Source of the DNA: Pseudomonadota bacterium | Lineage (GTDB): Bacteria; Bdellovibrionota; Bdellovibrionia; Bdellovibrionales; Bdellovibrionaceae | DNA length: 64,000 nucleotides | Direction: 5' to 3' | Assembly: GCA_041178425.1 (NCBI GenBank) | Contig: JBEGVH010000009.1 | Span: 64,001-128,000, forward strand | Shown: positions 36,099-44,904 of the stretch, piece after piece | Position numbering within the stretch: the stretch's first letter is position 1 | Layout: each line of letters starts with the position of its first letter | Notes under the pieces: model-generated | Told to the model about the DNA's origin: nothing | The model's input: only the letters and a program-made list of their open reading frames with translations | Database searches by the model: none | Translations under genes and position numbers: made by a program

Positions 36099-37139
36099 TT
36101 ATCTGTACTGTTTACCCCATCCACCCATAGGCTGAGTTAAACGGCGCCCCCAGAGAAATAATAAGATAAGTCCTACTATGAACATGGCCCCACTGAGCAT
36201 TTGCCCTCTGGTTAAGCCAAAATCATTAAACCCAATTTGAGCATCGGGCATACGAAAGTGTTCATCGAAAATACGAATGATGGCGTAAAAGATAACAAAA
36301 CAAGCCGCCACCACGCCTGGATTGCGCGGCTTGTACCAAACGGCCCCTAGCAAAACAAATAATAACACACCCTCAGTGGCCGCAGCATAAAGTTGCGAAG
36401 GATGGCGAAGCAATAAAAGCGGCGCTAAAGCATCAGTCACGGCTGTATTTCCCTCTTGAATCGACAAAACGATTTTATTGAGCGCCTCGAATAAAGACAT
36501 TTGTGCCGTACCGTTAGTATGACTCTTATCAATCAAATTAAGCCAAGTCTCTTTACTCATTCCCAACTTTTCAACCACAGGAGCTAATTCTGGTAACTTC
36601 GCCGGAGACTGACTTGGCCAAAGAAAAATATCAGAAGGAAATTTCACACCCAAAGGAAAACCCGGATCGCATGGACGACCAACTAATTCACCATTTATAA
36701 AATTGGCAAGACGCCCAAAGAAAATACCGATGGGTCCACAAATCGCAACCCAATCAAAAAGATGCAGGGTATTCAATCGATTGGCTCTTGCAAAAAGAAC
36801 GCAAGCCACAACAAGACCGATCATTCCACCGTGAGAGGCCATGCCCCCTTCATTGACAGCCAGCAAGCCCCAAAAGGGAGGATTACTTTTGAACTGCCAA
36901 AGTAAGTCAGGACTATAAAAAATCACGTAACCGATTCGCCCGCCAACGAGAATTCCAATCGCACAATAGGTAATAAAATCAGAGACGAGGCGCAATGGAA
37001 TTTGCGCCTTATTTCGAGAAGCCATAAACGAGATGAGTAGAAAAGCACAAACGAACCCAGCCAGGTAAGCCATCCCATACCATCGAACACCAATTGTAGA
37101 CGTAATTTGCCATAGGAAGGGATCAAAAGTGTGTACCAT
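36099..37139 (-). CDS. lgt: Prolipoprotein diacylglyceryl transferase
   Basis: RWYG, GGRIGY, GGMASHGG, GRLANFINGEL.GR, HPSQLY. Confidence 0.95.
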   Translation of the reverse strand: MVHTFDPFLWQITSTIGVRWYGMAYLAGFVCAFLLISFMASRNKAQIPLRLVSDFITYCAIGILVGGRIGYVIFYSPDLLWQFKSNPPFWGLLAVNEGGMASHGGMIGLVVACVLFARANRLNTLHLFDWVAICGPIGIFFGRLANFINGELVGRPCDPGFPLGVKFPSDIFLWPSQSPAKLPELAPVVEKLGMSKETWLNLIDKSHTNGTAQMSLFEALNKIVLSIQEGNTAVTDALAPLLLLRHPSQLYAAATEGVLLFVLLGAVWYKPRNPGVVAACFVIFYAIIRIFDEHFRMPDAQIGFNDFGLTRGQMLSGAMFIVGLILLFLWGRRLTQPMGGWGKQYR

Positions 37140-37376
37140 ATTGCCTCTCGTTTGGCAGAATCTCACATTTCATGGTCGATTGAGTCGGAGAACTGCCGAC
37201 CTCTATTCAAAACGCAACCCGGAGTCATTGGCAAGTAAGAATTGAATGTCATTCATTGAATCTTCCAAACATTGACTGCCAGTTGTTCTCTATAGTTTTT
37301 ATGGAGTATCGAAACGAAATTGCCTCTATCGAGCACCGCTTGTGTGTGGCTTTACGGAAAAGAAACAGCTTCCATT

Positions 37377-37907
37377 TTAACGTGGATACACCTTTTGATA
37401 CATGGCAATAGCTTGACGAATGATATCAAGGGCTTTGTCTTTACCCAAAAAATCCTTCACTTTGACCTGCTTTTTTTCGAGAGCTTTGTAGTCTTCAAAA
37501 AAGCGCTTTATTTCGATCATTCGATGACGAGGCAGCTCTTTCAACGAAGCGTAGTCTCTGTATTCGGGGTCATTGGCGTGAACAGCAATTATTTTATCGT
37601 CGGCCTCCCCTTGATCAACCATCTTCATCACCCCGATGGGACGAGCAATCATGATCGTAAGAGGGTAAACAGGCTCCTGCCCAAGAACTAGGATATCGAG
37701 GGGGTCGTTATCCTCGCAAAGAGTTTGAGGTATGAAACCGTAGTTGGCCGGGTACTGAACCGAACTATAAAGCACACGGTCTACCTTGATGAGTCCACTT
37801 TGCTTATCCAGCTCGTATTTGTTCTTGGAACCTTTTGGAACCTCGATGACCGCCGGAAGTAATTCTGGAGCCCGAGAACCTAATGATACACCATGCCATG
37901 GATGCAT
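37377..37907 (-). CDS. ppa: Family I inorganic pyrophosphatase
   Basis: [30 protein letters not shown]. Confidence 0.95.
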   Translation of the reverse strand: MHPWHGVSLGSRAPELLPAVIEVPKGSKNKYELDKQSGLIKVDRVLYSSVQYPANYGFIPQTLCEDNDPLDILVLGQEPVYPLTIMIARPIGVMKMVDQGEADDKIIAVHANDPEYRDYASLKELPRHRMIEIKRFFEDYKALEKKQVKVKDFLGKDKALDIIRQAIAMYQKVYPR

Positions 37908-37988
37908 ACCATTCCTCCTAAATAGAGTGTAAAACGAGTTGTGGGTTCACCCGAACTCGCACTTGTATTTTTTCATCTTAAGGAGCCC

Positions 37989-38603
37989 ATGGCAACTTTG
38001 AATAAAATCTTCTTTCGAGGTCTAGTCACACTCATCCCTATCGCTGTGACATTCTATTTACTTTTCTGGATTGTGTCCGTCATGGAAGGCCTTGTGGGTC
38101 ACATCCTTCGCCTTTTAATGCCCGACGGTTTTTATATCCCAGGCCTAGGAGTGATAGCGACCTTAGTCTTGATCCTCATTTTTGGTCTCGTTCTAAATAA
38201 TTTCGTTATGAGTGAGCTTATGGAGCGAGCCGAAAGGAAACTAAAATCGATTCCTTTTTTTAAAGCTATTTACTCTCCGCTTCGTGATTTAATGAACCTC
38301 TTCTCAAAAAGTGGCGCATCAGGAATGAAGAGCGTAGTTCTCGTCGAGGTGGCACAGGGAACAAAAATTCTAGGCGTCGTGACACGGGAGGATTTCTCCG
38401 ACATGCCCCAAAGTCTCCGCGAACAATCTCTGGTCGCGGTTTATTGCCCTTGGAGTTACGGAATGGGCGGATTTACTCTTCTTGTTCCACGAACTAAAAT
38501 TGAGCCCATCGATTTACCCATCGAAAAAGCCATGAGCCTCGCTATTACTGGTTGGGTGAAGGTTGACTCAAAAATCACCAAGGAAATGGAGAATCGTCAG
38601 TGA
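37989..38603 (+). CDS. DUF502 membrane protein
   Basis: GL..LIPI.VT, IPGLG, IPFFK.IY pattern; ATG after AAGGAG. Confidence 0.8.
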   Translation: MATLNKIFFRGLVTLIPIAVTFYLLFWIVSVMEGLVGHILRLLMPDGFYIPGLGVIATLVLILIFGLVLNNFVMSELMERAERKLKSIPFFKAIYSPLRDLMNLFSKSGASGMKSVVLVEVAQGTKILGVVTREDFSDMPQSLREQSLVAVYCPWSYGMGGFTLLVPRTKIEPIDLPIEKAMSLAITGWVKVDSKITKEMENRQ

Positions 38604-39985
38604 ACCAACGTCGTACGACCCTCGGAAAAGCTCTCTACATCAATCAAGATCCGACGCTCTATGGAACCTTCGCTGAAATTGGTGCTGGCCAAGAAGTGGC
38701 TCGCTACTTTTTTCAGGCGGGAAAAGCATCGCAAACTATCGCCAAGACGATCTCCGCCTACGACATGACTTTCAGTGATGAAATCTACGGTCGCGAAAAA
38801 AATGGTCGCTATGTTTGTGAATCTCGACTCCAAAAAATGTTGCAAAAAGAATTCGACCTTTTGCCAGAGCGTCTTGATAAACAGAGAGGCGATCAAACCC
38901 ATTTCTTTTCCTTTGCCAGCACCGTGGCCACCAGTTCCGACAGCTCCCGTTGTCACGGCTGGATTGGACTGAGATTTCAAGCGGCTCCACATGGTCCCAC
39001 AAGCGATGTCATCTTGCATGTTCGAATGCTCGATCGGCACCGGCTTCAACAACAAGAAGTTTTGGGAATTCTTGGTGTCAATCTCCTGTTTGCATCGTTC
39101 TATTTTCGTCAGTCACCCGACGCCTTCATCGACATTCTTACCGACGAGATTAAAGATGGTCGTTTGGCCATTGACCTCATTCGTTTTTCTGGACCCGCGT
39201 TTAACCTCTTTGACGATCTTTTCGTAAACCTGGAACTGGTTCGTCGAAACCTCTGCGATGGAGCCCTCTTTGGTCCAAAACACGATCTTCTTTACTGCGG
39301 TGATGTTTTCTATCAAAAATCACTTCTTGTGGAGCGAGCGACCTTTTCTCCGCCCACTAATACGCATGTTGAGATTTTAGAAAAAGCATCTCAACAGATT
39401 CGAAACGAGCATAAAAACCAACCACTCATTGTGTGTGAAATCAGTCTTCCTGAAGCTGAACTTAGCCACTCCCATCTCACCCTTAACGAAGACATCAGAC
39501 ATCGCATTAAAATGCTAAATGGTCTTGGGTATCACGTTTTAATCTCTAGATTTACTTTATTCTTTGAACTTAAAACCTTTCTTTACCAATACACACACGA
39601 ACCGATGGGTTTTGCTGTAGGTGCATCATTTCTTGAAAAGCTTTTCGACGAAAAATTTTACGACTCCTTAGGAGGAGGCCTCCTCGAGGGCCTAGGTCGA
39701 CTCCTCGAAGACAAAACCAGCCTCTATGTTTACCCCCACAAAACAGACGAACTATGCCAAACTCTGAGCACTTTCTCTTTACAAGGGCCAGAGCAGAAAA
39801 TTTTTGATTACTTTAAACAAAAGGGCTGGATCAGAGAGCTAGGCAATTGTGAAATAGCTCAACTTTCGATCCGCTCGGCTGATATTCGTAAAAGCCTCCA
39901 AGAAGGAAAAGATGTTTCTAAATTGGTGCCAGCACCAATATTAAAATATCTTTCAGCCAACAACCTTTACCAACCCCACACCTAA
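38600..39985 (+). CDS. Conserved protein with C-terminal nucleotidyltransferase-like (NadD-like) region
   Basis: YGTFAEIGAGQEVAR..F.AG.AS.TIAK..SAYDM..SD.IYG conserved N-terminus; TFSPPTNTH and a SADIR...LVP..I..YL....LY C-terminus. Confidence 0.65.
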   Translation: MNQRRTTLGKALYINQDPTLYGTFAEIGAGQEVARYFFQAGKASQTIAKTISAYDMTFSDEIYGREKNGRYVCESRLQKMLQKEFDLLPERLDKQRGDQTHFFSFASTVATSSDSSRCHGWIGLRFQAAPHGPTSDVILHVRMLDRHRLQQQEVLGILGVNLLFASFYFRQSPDAFIDILTDEIKDGRLAIDLIRFSGPAFNLFDDLFVNLELVRRNLCDGALFGPKHDLLYCGDVFYQKSLLVERATFSPPTNTHVEILEKASQQIRNEHKNQPLIVCEISLPEAELSHSHLTLNEDIRHRIKMLNGLGYHVLISRFTLFFELKTFLYQYTHEPMGFAVGASFLEKLFDEKFYDSLGGGLLEGLGRLLEDKTSLYVYPHKTDELCQTLSTFSLQGPEQKIFDYFKQKGWIRELGNCEIAQLSIRSADIRKSLQEGKDVSKLVPAPILKYLSANNLYQPHT

Positions 39986-39994
39986 GGTGACACC

Positions 39995-40417
39995 GTGCCC
40001 TCTTTGACGATCAACCATCGGTTAGTAATTGAGGACTCTGAGCTCGAATGGTCTTACGTTCGAAGTTCAGGCCCCGGAGGGCAAAATGTGAACCGCACCA
40101 ACTCATGCGCGGTTTTGAGATGGAACTACCTTGAAAGCGAAAGTCTACGGGCTACCACACCAAGTGACACCGTGCTTGAAAAACTCAAAGCGCACGCCAC
40201 TAAAGAGGGTGACATCATTATTAAGTCGCAAACTTTTCGAGACCAAGAGCGTAACTATCAAGAGTGCTTAAATAAATTCGTGACACTTCTCAAGTCGGCT
40301 TTCCATAAACCGAAACACCGGGTGCCAACAAAACCAACTAAGTCGAGTAAGCGCCGACGCCTTGAGGGTAAAAAAATCCAGGGCGATAAAAAAACCATGC
40401 GCCGAAAAGTTTTTTAG
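39995..40417 (+). CDS. arfB: Alternative ribosome rescue factor / peptidyl-tRNA hydrolase
   Basis: RSSGPGGQNVN and basic C-terminal tail (TKPTKSSKRRRL..KK). Confidence 0.92.
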   Translation: MPSLTINHRLVIEDSELEWSYVRSSGPGGQNVNRTNSCAVLRWNYLESESLRATTPSDTVLEKLKAHATKEGDIIIKSQTFRDQERNYQECLNKFVTLLKSAFHKPKHRVPTKPTKSSKRRRLEGKKIQGDKKTMRRKVF

Positions 40418-40460
40418 ATAAAATAAAAAGTGTTTTAACCTTTCAAAAAAAGAGGCCACT

Positions 40461-40847
40461 GTGTCTTACACTTTTAGTAAAATTATGAAGATGCCTTTCA
40501 ATTCAGCCATTGAAAAAGTCACCCTTAGCTTAAAAGCTGAGGGTTTTGGTGTTCTCACCGATATCGACGTGCAGGCCACCATGAAGGCCAAAATTAACCA
40601 AGATATGAATGGCTATCGCATTCTTGGCGCCTGCAATCCAGCCCTTGCCTATCAAGCCATCCAAGCTGAGCCCCGCATCGGCAGCATGCTTCCCTGCAAC
40701 GTGGTGGTTAGGCAGCTCGATGGAGAATCGGTAGAGATTTCTATTATTGACCCTGTCGCTTCAATGATGGCCATCAAAAATGAAAAACTGGGTGCCATTG
40801 CCACAGAAGTGCAAGCGAAACTCAAAAAAGTGGGCGAAAGCCTCTAA
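40461..40847 (+). CDS. DUF302 protein
   Basis: GFGVLTDIDVQAT, ILGACNP..A, LPCNVVV. Confidence 0.9.
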   Translation: MSYTFSKIMKMPFNSAIEKVTLSLKAEGFGVLTDIDVQATMKAKINQDMNGYRILGACNPALAYQAIQAEPRIGSMLPCNVVVRQLDGESVEISIIDPVASMMAIKNEKLGAIATEVQAKLKKVGESL

Positions 40848-41425
40848 TTTTTTCCGCGAAAACGAAGACCAAAATCTTCGCAGGTAGCCGCATAAATAAC
40901 TAAATCTAGCCACTCGCCGTTTATTAATAAACGGCGTTTACTTAGGCCTTCTTTGCGGAATCCCAAACTCTTCGCTAAACGGAGAGAACGCCGATTGGCC
41001 GAGGGGATCCCCGCTTCCAATCGATGCAACTTCAAAACTCGAAAGGAAATGTCAATAACAGCCTTGCAAGCCTCCGCTGCAAAACCGTGCCCCCAATAAG
41101 GATTGTAGATTCTATATCCCAAGTAGGCATTTTGAAAAAGCCCTCGAGAAATATCCATGAGTTCCACTTCTCCCAGTAAAACACCATCGGATCTACGAAA
41201 AACTCCCCAGGAGTAGGCCTTATCTTTTTTCTGCAAATCATTTTTATTTTTTAGCAGCACTTTGAATTTTTGTAGGGTGAGCTCTGATTCATCCCAATTC
41301 GTTTCATCCCACTCATTTTGTGGATCGAGCATTGAGGAATAGGCTTGAGCCCAATTCACATAATCACGGAACTCAAGTGGGCGAAGCTCTAATCGCTTTG
41401 ATATTTTCTTTAACTGATTTTTCAT
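40844..41425 (-). CDS. GNAT N-acetyltransferase, RimJ/RimL family
   Basis: LGY.....WG.G.A.EA, LHRLEA, N..S..LA..LGF..EG. Confidence 0.88.
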   Translation of the reverse strand: MKNQLKKISKRLELRPLEFRDYVNWAQAYSSMLDPQNEWDETNWDESELTLQKFKVLLKNKNDLQKKDKAYSWGVFRRSDGVLLGEVELMDISRGLFQNAYLGYRIYNPYWGHGFAAEACKAVIDISFRVLKLHRLEAGIPSANRRSLRLAKSLGFRKEGLSKRRLLINGEWLDLVIYAATCEDFGLRFRGKN

Positions 41426-41464
41426 TGGCTCCCTAAAAAAAATGTTAGCTTAACCCAAGCCCAC

Positions 41465-42697
41465 TCACTGATTATGCGATTCATCCACAACTGGTGGTGC
41501 ATCTTTCGGTTCTTGTTTGGGAATATCAGAACAGTTAAAGTCGGCTTGTTCACTTTTATGGTGGCGAGCATACCAACAAGCTTCTGATTTTAAATCGAAG
41601 CGAAGACGAGCCTTCGAAACACCACTGCAATCGGACGATAAAATTTTAGATGTTAAATAAAAACCATATTGGCTCTTGAGTTCCGTGCATTTTTCAGGAT
41701 TGGCAGGACATTGGTATCTTTGCCCTGGATGTTGCTTCTCCAATTGTTTGACGTTTCGATTAAATAAATTGGGGTGAGAGAGACTACCGACATCATAAAT
41801 CGGGTTAAAATCAACACAGTTAATCCCTTCATCCCAAGCATCGGTAACAAAGTCGCTCCACGTAAATTTACGAATCAAAGATACTTGTCCGTTCTCGCAG
41901 CGAAAGAATGGGCCCTTATCCCAAACTTTTTTTGCCCACGAAGAATCTTTGATAAAACTCGGCGGAGCACCTTTCTCAAAGCGAGTCGCCGACAACCAAA
42001 AAAGTCCACCCGAAAGATCAGCGGCCAAATCACCAAAAGAGTAAACACCGGTCCCAGCAAGACCAAGGGTTCCCTGCTCTGTCATTAAAGTGTGTGACAT
42101 AGCTCGCTTTGACTTGAGCGAGGGTTCAGATTCTTTTTTGTATTCATTGAAAAAAGCCCACCCCTGATCGAAAAAATGGCCGAACTTATCCGTACCCACA
42201 TAATGACCAGATACGCTCACGGAACTCGCAAGAGGAATCTTTTGATTGGCGGCTGATACATAAAATTCAGAAGGAACATGTTCTTTTTTACCAAAATCGG
42301 GGTGGCGATAAATATTTTGGCGATCAAAGGTATGGGCGTCAAGAGACTTACCTTTTGAGCTCATTTCTTTTTTATTCTTCACCGCCGACTCTACACCCAG
42401 TTCAAAAGCCCCTAAAAGGTGTTGGCTGTAGAATTCTTCTTTTAAAATTTTTTCTAGACGATCCGAATCGCATTTCTCTGATCCCGCAAACACTTTTGCC
42501 AAGGTACTTCTGACAGGATTATTGTATTTCTTAACCACGTTTTGCAGCTGCTCATTCACTTTATCGTCAAGAAGGGGGCCTGCGTCTCGAAGCGCTGATT
42601 GCTCCCAACGACGAGAAATATTATCAACTTCGTTGGCAAATAGCCCCTTGGGATGAAAAAAAATAGATAAGAGGATCCAAATCGAATAACTTTTCAC
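41465..42697 (-). CDS. Secreted Cys-containing hypothetical protein
   Basis: Signal peptide followed by ANEVDN; conserved-looking GTDKFGHFF and GVYSFGDL.A motifs; no certain function. Confidence 0.7.
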   Translation of the reverse strand: MKSYSIWILLSIFFHPKGLFANEVDNISRRWEQSALRDAGPLLDDKVNEQLQNVVKKYNNPVRSTLAKVFAGSEKCDSDRLEKILKEEFYSQHLLGAFELGVESAVKNKKEMSSKGKSLDAHTFDRQNIYRHPDFGKKEHVPSEFYVSAANQKIPLASSVSVSGHYVGTDKFGHFFDQGWAFFNEYKKESEPSLKSKRAMSHTLMTEQGTLGLAGTGVYSFGDLAADLSGGLFWLSATRFEKGAPPSFIKDSSWAKKVWDKGPFFRCENGQVSLIRKFTWSDFVTDAWDEGINCVDFNPIYDVGSLSHPNLFNRNVKQLEKQHPGQRYQCPANPEKCTELKSQYGFYLTSKILSSDCSGVSKARLRFDLKSEACWYARHHKSEQADFNCSDIPKQEPKDAPPVVDESHNQ

Positions 42698-42832
42698 TTT
42701 TGAAACTTCCTCGTCTCACACAAAAAAATGGATTGGATCTTAGCGACCTCATCTCTAGTTAAGATTATCTTTTACCGTCTTATTTGTATACTTTGAATTT
42801 CATACTTTGAAGTTGATCCCTGGCTCACAACC

Positions 42833-42861
42833 TTGCGCTTTCACCAAAGCCTCGGTAAGCT
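42833..42861 (+). promoter_or_regulatory. Candidate sigma-70 promoter (possibly leaderless transcript)
   Basis: TTGCGC-17 nt-TAAGCT with the ATG 6 nt after the -10 and no Shine-Dalgarno. Confidence 0.4.
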
Positions 42862-42867
42862 GATGCT

Positions 42868-43986
42868 ATGCGAACACCAAACGCCAGTTTCTTTTTTTCG
42901 CTGATCTTTGTTTACTTTGGGTTGTTTATTTCGTCTCACACTGAGGCAGCTCAGTCTTACAAAATCAACTACAACTCCTCTACAATCATCAAAGAACACA
43001 GTGTTTGCAAAGTGGTTACAAATTCGAGCACAACAGGTCTAGCCATCTTCGTACCCACGAATTCATCAGGAGAGTGGTCGAGCTTTTATAATAGTCCCTC
43101 ATCAGGGGTTACTGCGGCTAGCTGTAAAGCTCTAGATCTTCTATCGGTCTCATCTGCGGCGGCCTTTAGCCTACGAAAGCTTCGAGTTCTTTACACGGGC
43201 GCTGCCATACGTGTTCGCAATAATAATAACAACGCCGAAGCTGATATAAGCTTCGACTCCTCCGACGCGGTCAGCGCAACGAGTACAGCAACCATCAAAG
43301 TGGTCGGCTCCTCGGGATGGGCCTTAAATAGCACCATGAATTTCAGCTCCTTTTATTCGGGGGCCACAGTTTATGTCACAATCTTTTATGACCAAAGCGG
43401 AAATAATAAAAACCTCGCTCAAGCCAGCACAGCCAACCAACCTCGGATTGTGAATGGCGGATCGCTAGACCTTAATCCCTCGTCCAAAATTGGAATTCAT
43501 TGGTTTGATACCACCAGTCGCTCTCTCGAGGGTAGCGCCCCAATGATAGGCGGGAGTGAGTTTACTGTGAATCTTATTAAGTATGAGCGAACTCGAACAA
43601 CCGTTACAGATTTTATGCTCTCAGCAGATGGCGATTCAGGTGGCCGAATTCTGGGTCACGTACCGTGGAGCGATGGAAACATTTACTTTGATTCAGGCAC
43701 CTGCTGTAACTACCCGCAGAGAATTTCTGGCGCCTCTGGCGTGGCTGCTAATACCACCAACATTTACACCTTCACCAACAGCACTAGTGCCAATCAAAAA
43801 TATATTTATGTGAATACCAATAGTATAGCGTCCGGAGCTGGCGCCGTCGCCACGGTCAACAGAAACGTCCTCGGCAGTGCCAATAATGGCATGTACCATG
43901 AGTACATTATTTTTTCGAGTGTCTTATCCGCAACGGACCGCTCAACTCTACTCGCCAATCAGAAGACTTTCTGGTCAACGCCGTAA
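42868..43986 (+). CDS. Secreted Ser/Thr-rich beta-sandwich (concanavalin/LamG-like) surface protein
   Basis: Signal peptide (..TEA); AAAFSLRKL...YTG.AIRVR and YDQSGN...Q.....QPRIV motifs of the lectin/arabinofuranosidase-B-like fold; ends EYIIF...LS..DR. Confidence 0.7.
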   Translation: MRTPNASFFFSLIFVYFGLFISSHTEAAQSYKINYNSSTIIKEHSVCKVVTNSSTTGLAIFVPTNSSGEWSSFYNSPSSGVTAASCKALDLLSVSSAAAFSLRKLRVLYTGAAIRVRNNNNNAEADISFDSSDAVSATSTATIKVVGSSGWALNSTMNFSSFYSGATVYVTIFYDQSGNNKNLAQASTANQPRIVNGGSLDLNPSSKIGIHWFDTTSRSLEGSAPMIGGSEFTVNLIKYERTRTTVTDFMLSADGDSGGRILGHVPWSDGNIYFDSGTCCNYPQRISGASGVAANTTNIYTFTNSTSANQKYIYVNTNSIASGAGAVATVNRNVLGSANNGMYHEYIIFSSVLSATDRSTLLANQKTFWSTP

Positions 43987-44007
43987 GCATTAGATACCCC
44001 TAATCCT

Positions 44008-44904
44008 TTATAGTGCTCGAATCATGTAATCAATGCCACCGCGACCGTCACGTAGCACAGCCACCACTATCACCTTGCGTCCGCTCGAAGGCGCCGACGT
44101 TGGAGGATTCCATTCTACTGTTTCACCAGTGCGACCTCGACTCGATTTTATTTTTCCATCAGTAATGAACCAACTCACTTCGAAAGCCTCAGTGAGCGCA
44201 AGAACATCTCCACTGCTTTTCTTATAGTCGTAGTTCTCTGGATTAGTTGCTGACTCGAACGCCAAAAGTGACTCTTCCGAAGGAAGGCTAACCAGAGAAT
44301 TGCCACTCACCTTTAGGTCAATCAGTCCAGGATTTGTGTTGAGTGATGATTTATTCGAAAGGAGCACCCTTCTAAAAGCAGTCAGCTCTCGCCCGCTATC
44401 CACAGACCTTACCTTAGCGACAATAACATAAGGAACACCATTAAATTGTAAAACACTCGAAAACGAACTCCACAGGGTTCTTGGAAAAGGAAGCGTCATC
44501 GCAATAGATCCCGTCGATGGAATCCCCGTTCGTGTTTCGTCGCCAAAAATATCGCTGGCTGCGCCAACCGCAGGTGTCACAGTGACCGTCGTTAAGCTAC
44601 TTGCTACATCCGCATCACTACAATTGGGCTCGGCTCCCACAACGATACCAGGATCGAGACATCCCTGCAGAGAGAGCTCGAGGTTTCCGCTGCCACCAAA
44701 ATCACTTAAAAGAGGGGTCATTACGATACTATAAGAATCAGTACTAGAATTATATTGAAGCTCAGGCTGGTCTACTTTAAGGGCCAAAATCCTTAACCCC
44801 TCGAGCTTCGAATAATCAGGAAAAGGGCTCTCCGAACATCCGATCAAGCCAACAACGATAGGGCACAAAACAAAAACAGTTTGCCATTTCATTTTAAAAT
44901 TCAC
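44008..44904 (-). CDS. Lipoprotein partner of the TonB-dependent receptor
   Basis: Lipobox LIGC, LRILAL...PE, C-terminal VLRDGRGG; coupled to the receptor gene. Confidence 0.75.
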   Translation of the reverse strand: MNFKMKWQTVFVLCPIVVGLIGCSESPFPDYSKLEGLRILALKVDQPELQYNSSTDSYSIVMTPLLSDFGGSGNLELSLQGCLDPGIVVGAEPNCSDADVASSLTTVTVTPAVGAASDIFGDETRTGIPSTGSIAMTLPFPRTLWSSFSSVLQFNGVPYVIVAKVRSVDSGRELTAFRRVLLSNKSSLNTNPGLIDLKVSGNSLVSLPSEESLLAFESATNPENYDYKKSSGDVLALTEAFEVSWFITDGKIKSSRGRTGETVEWNPPTSAPSSGRKVIVVAVLRDGRGGIDYMIRAL

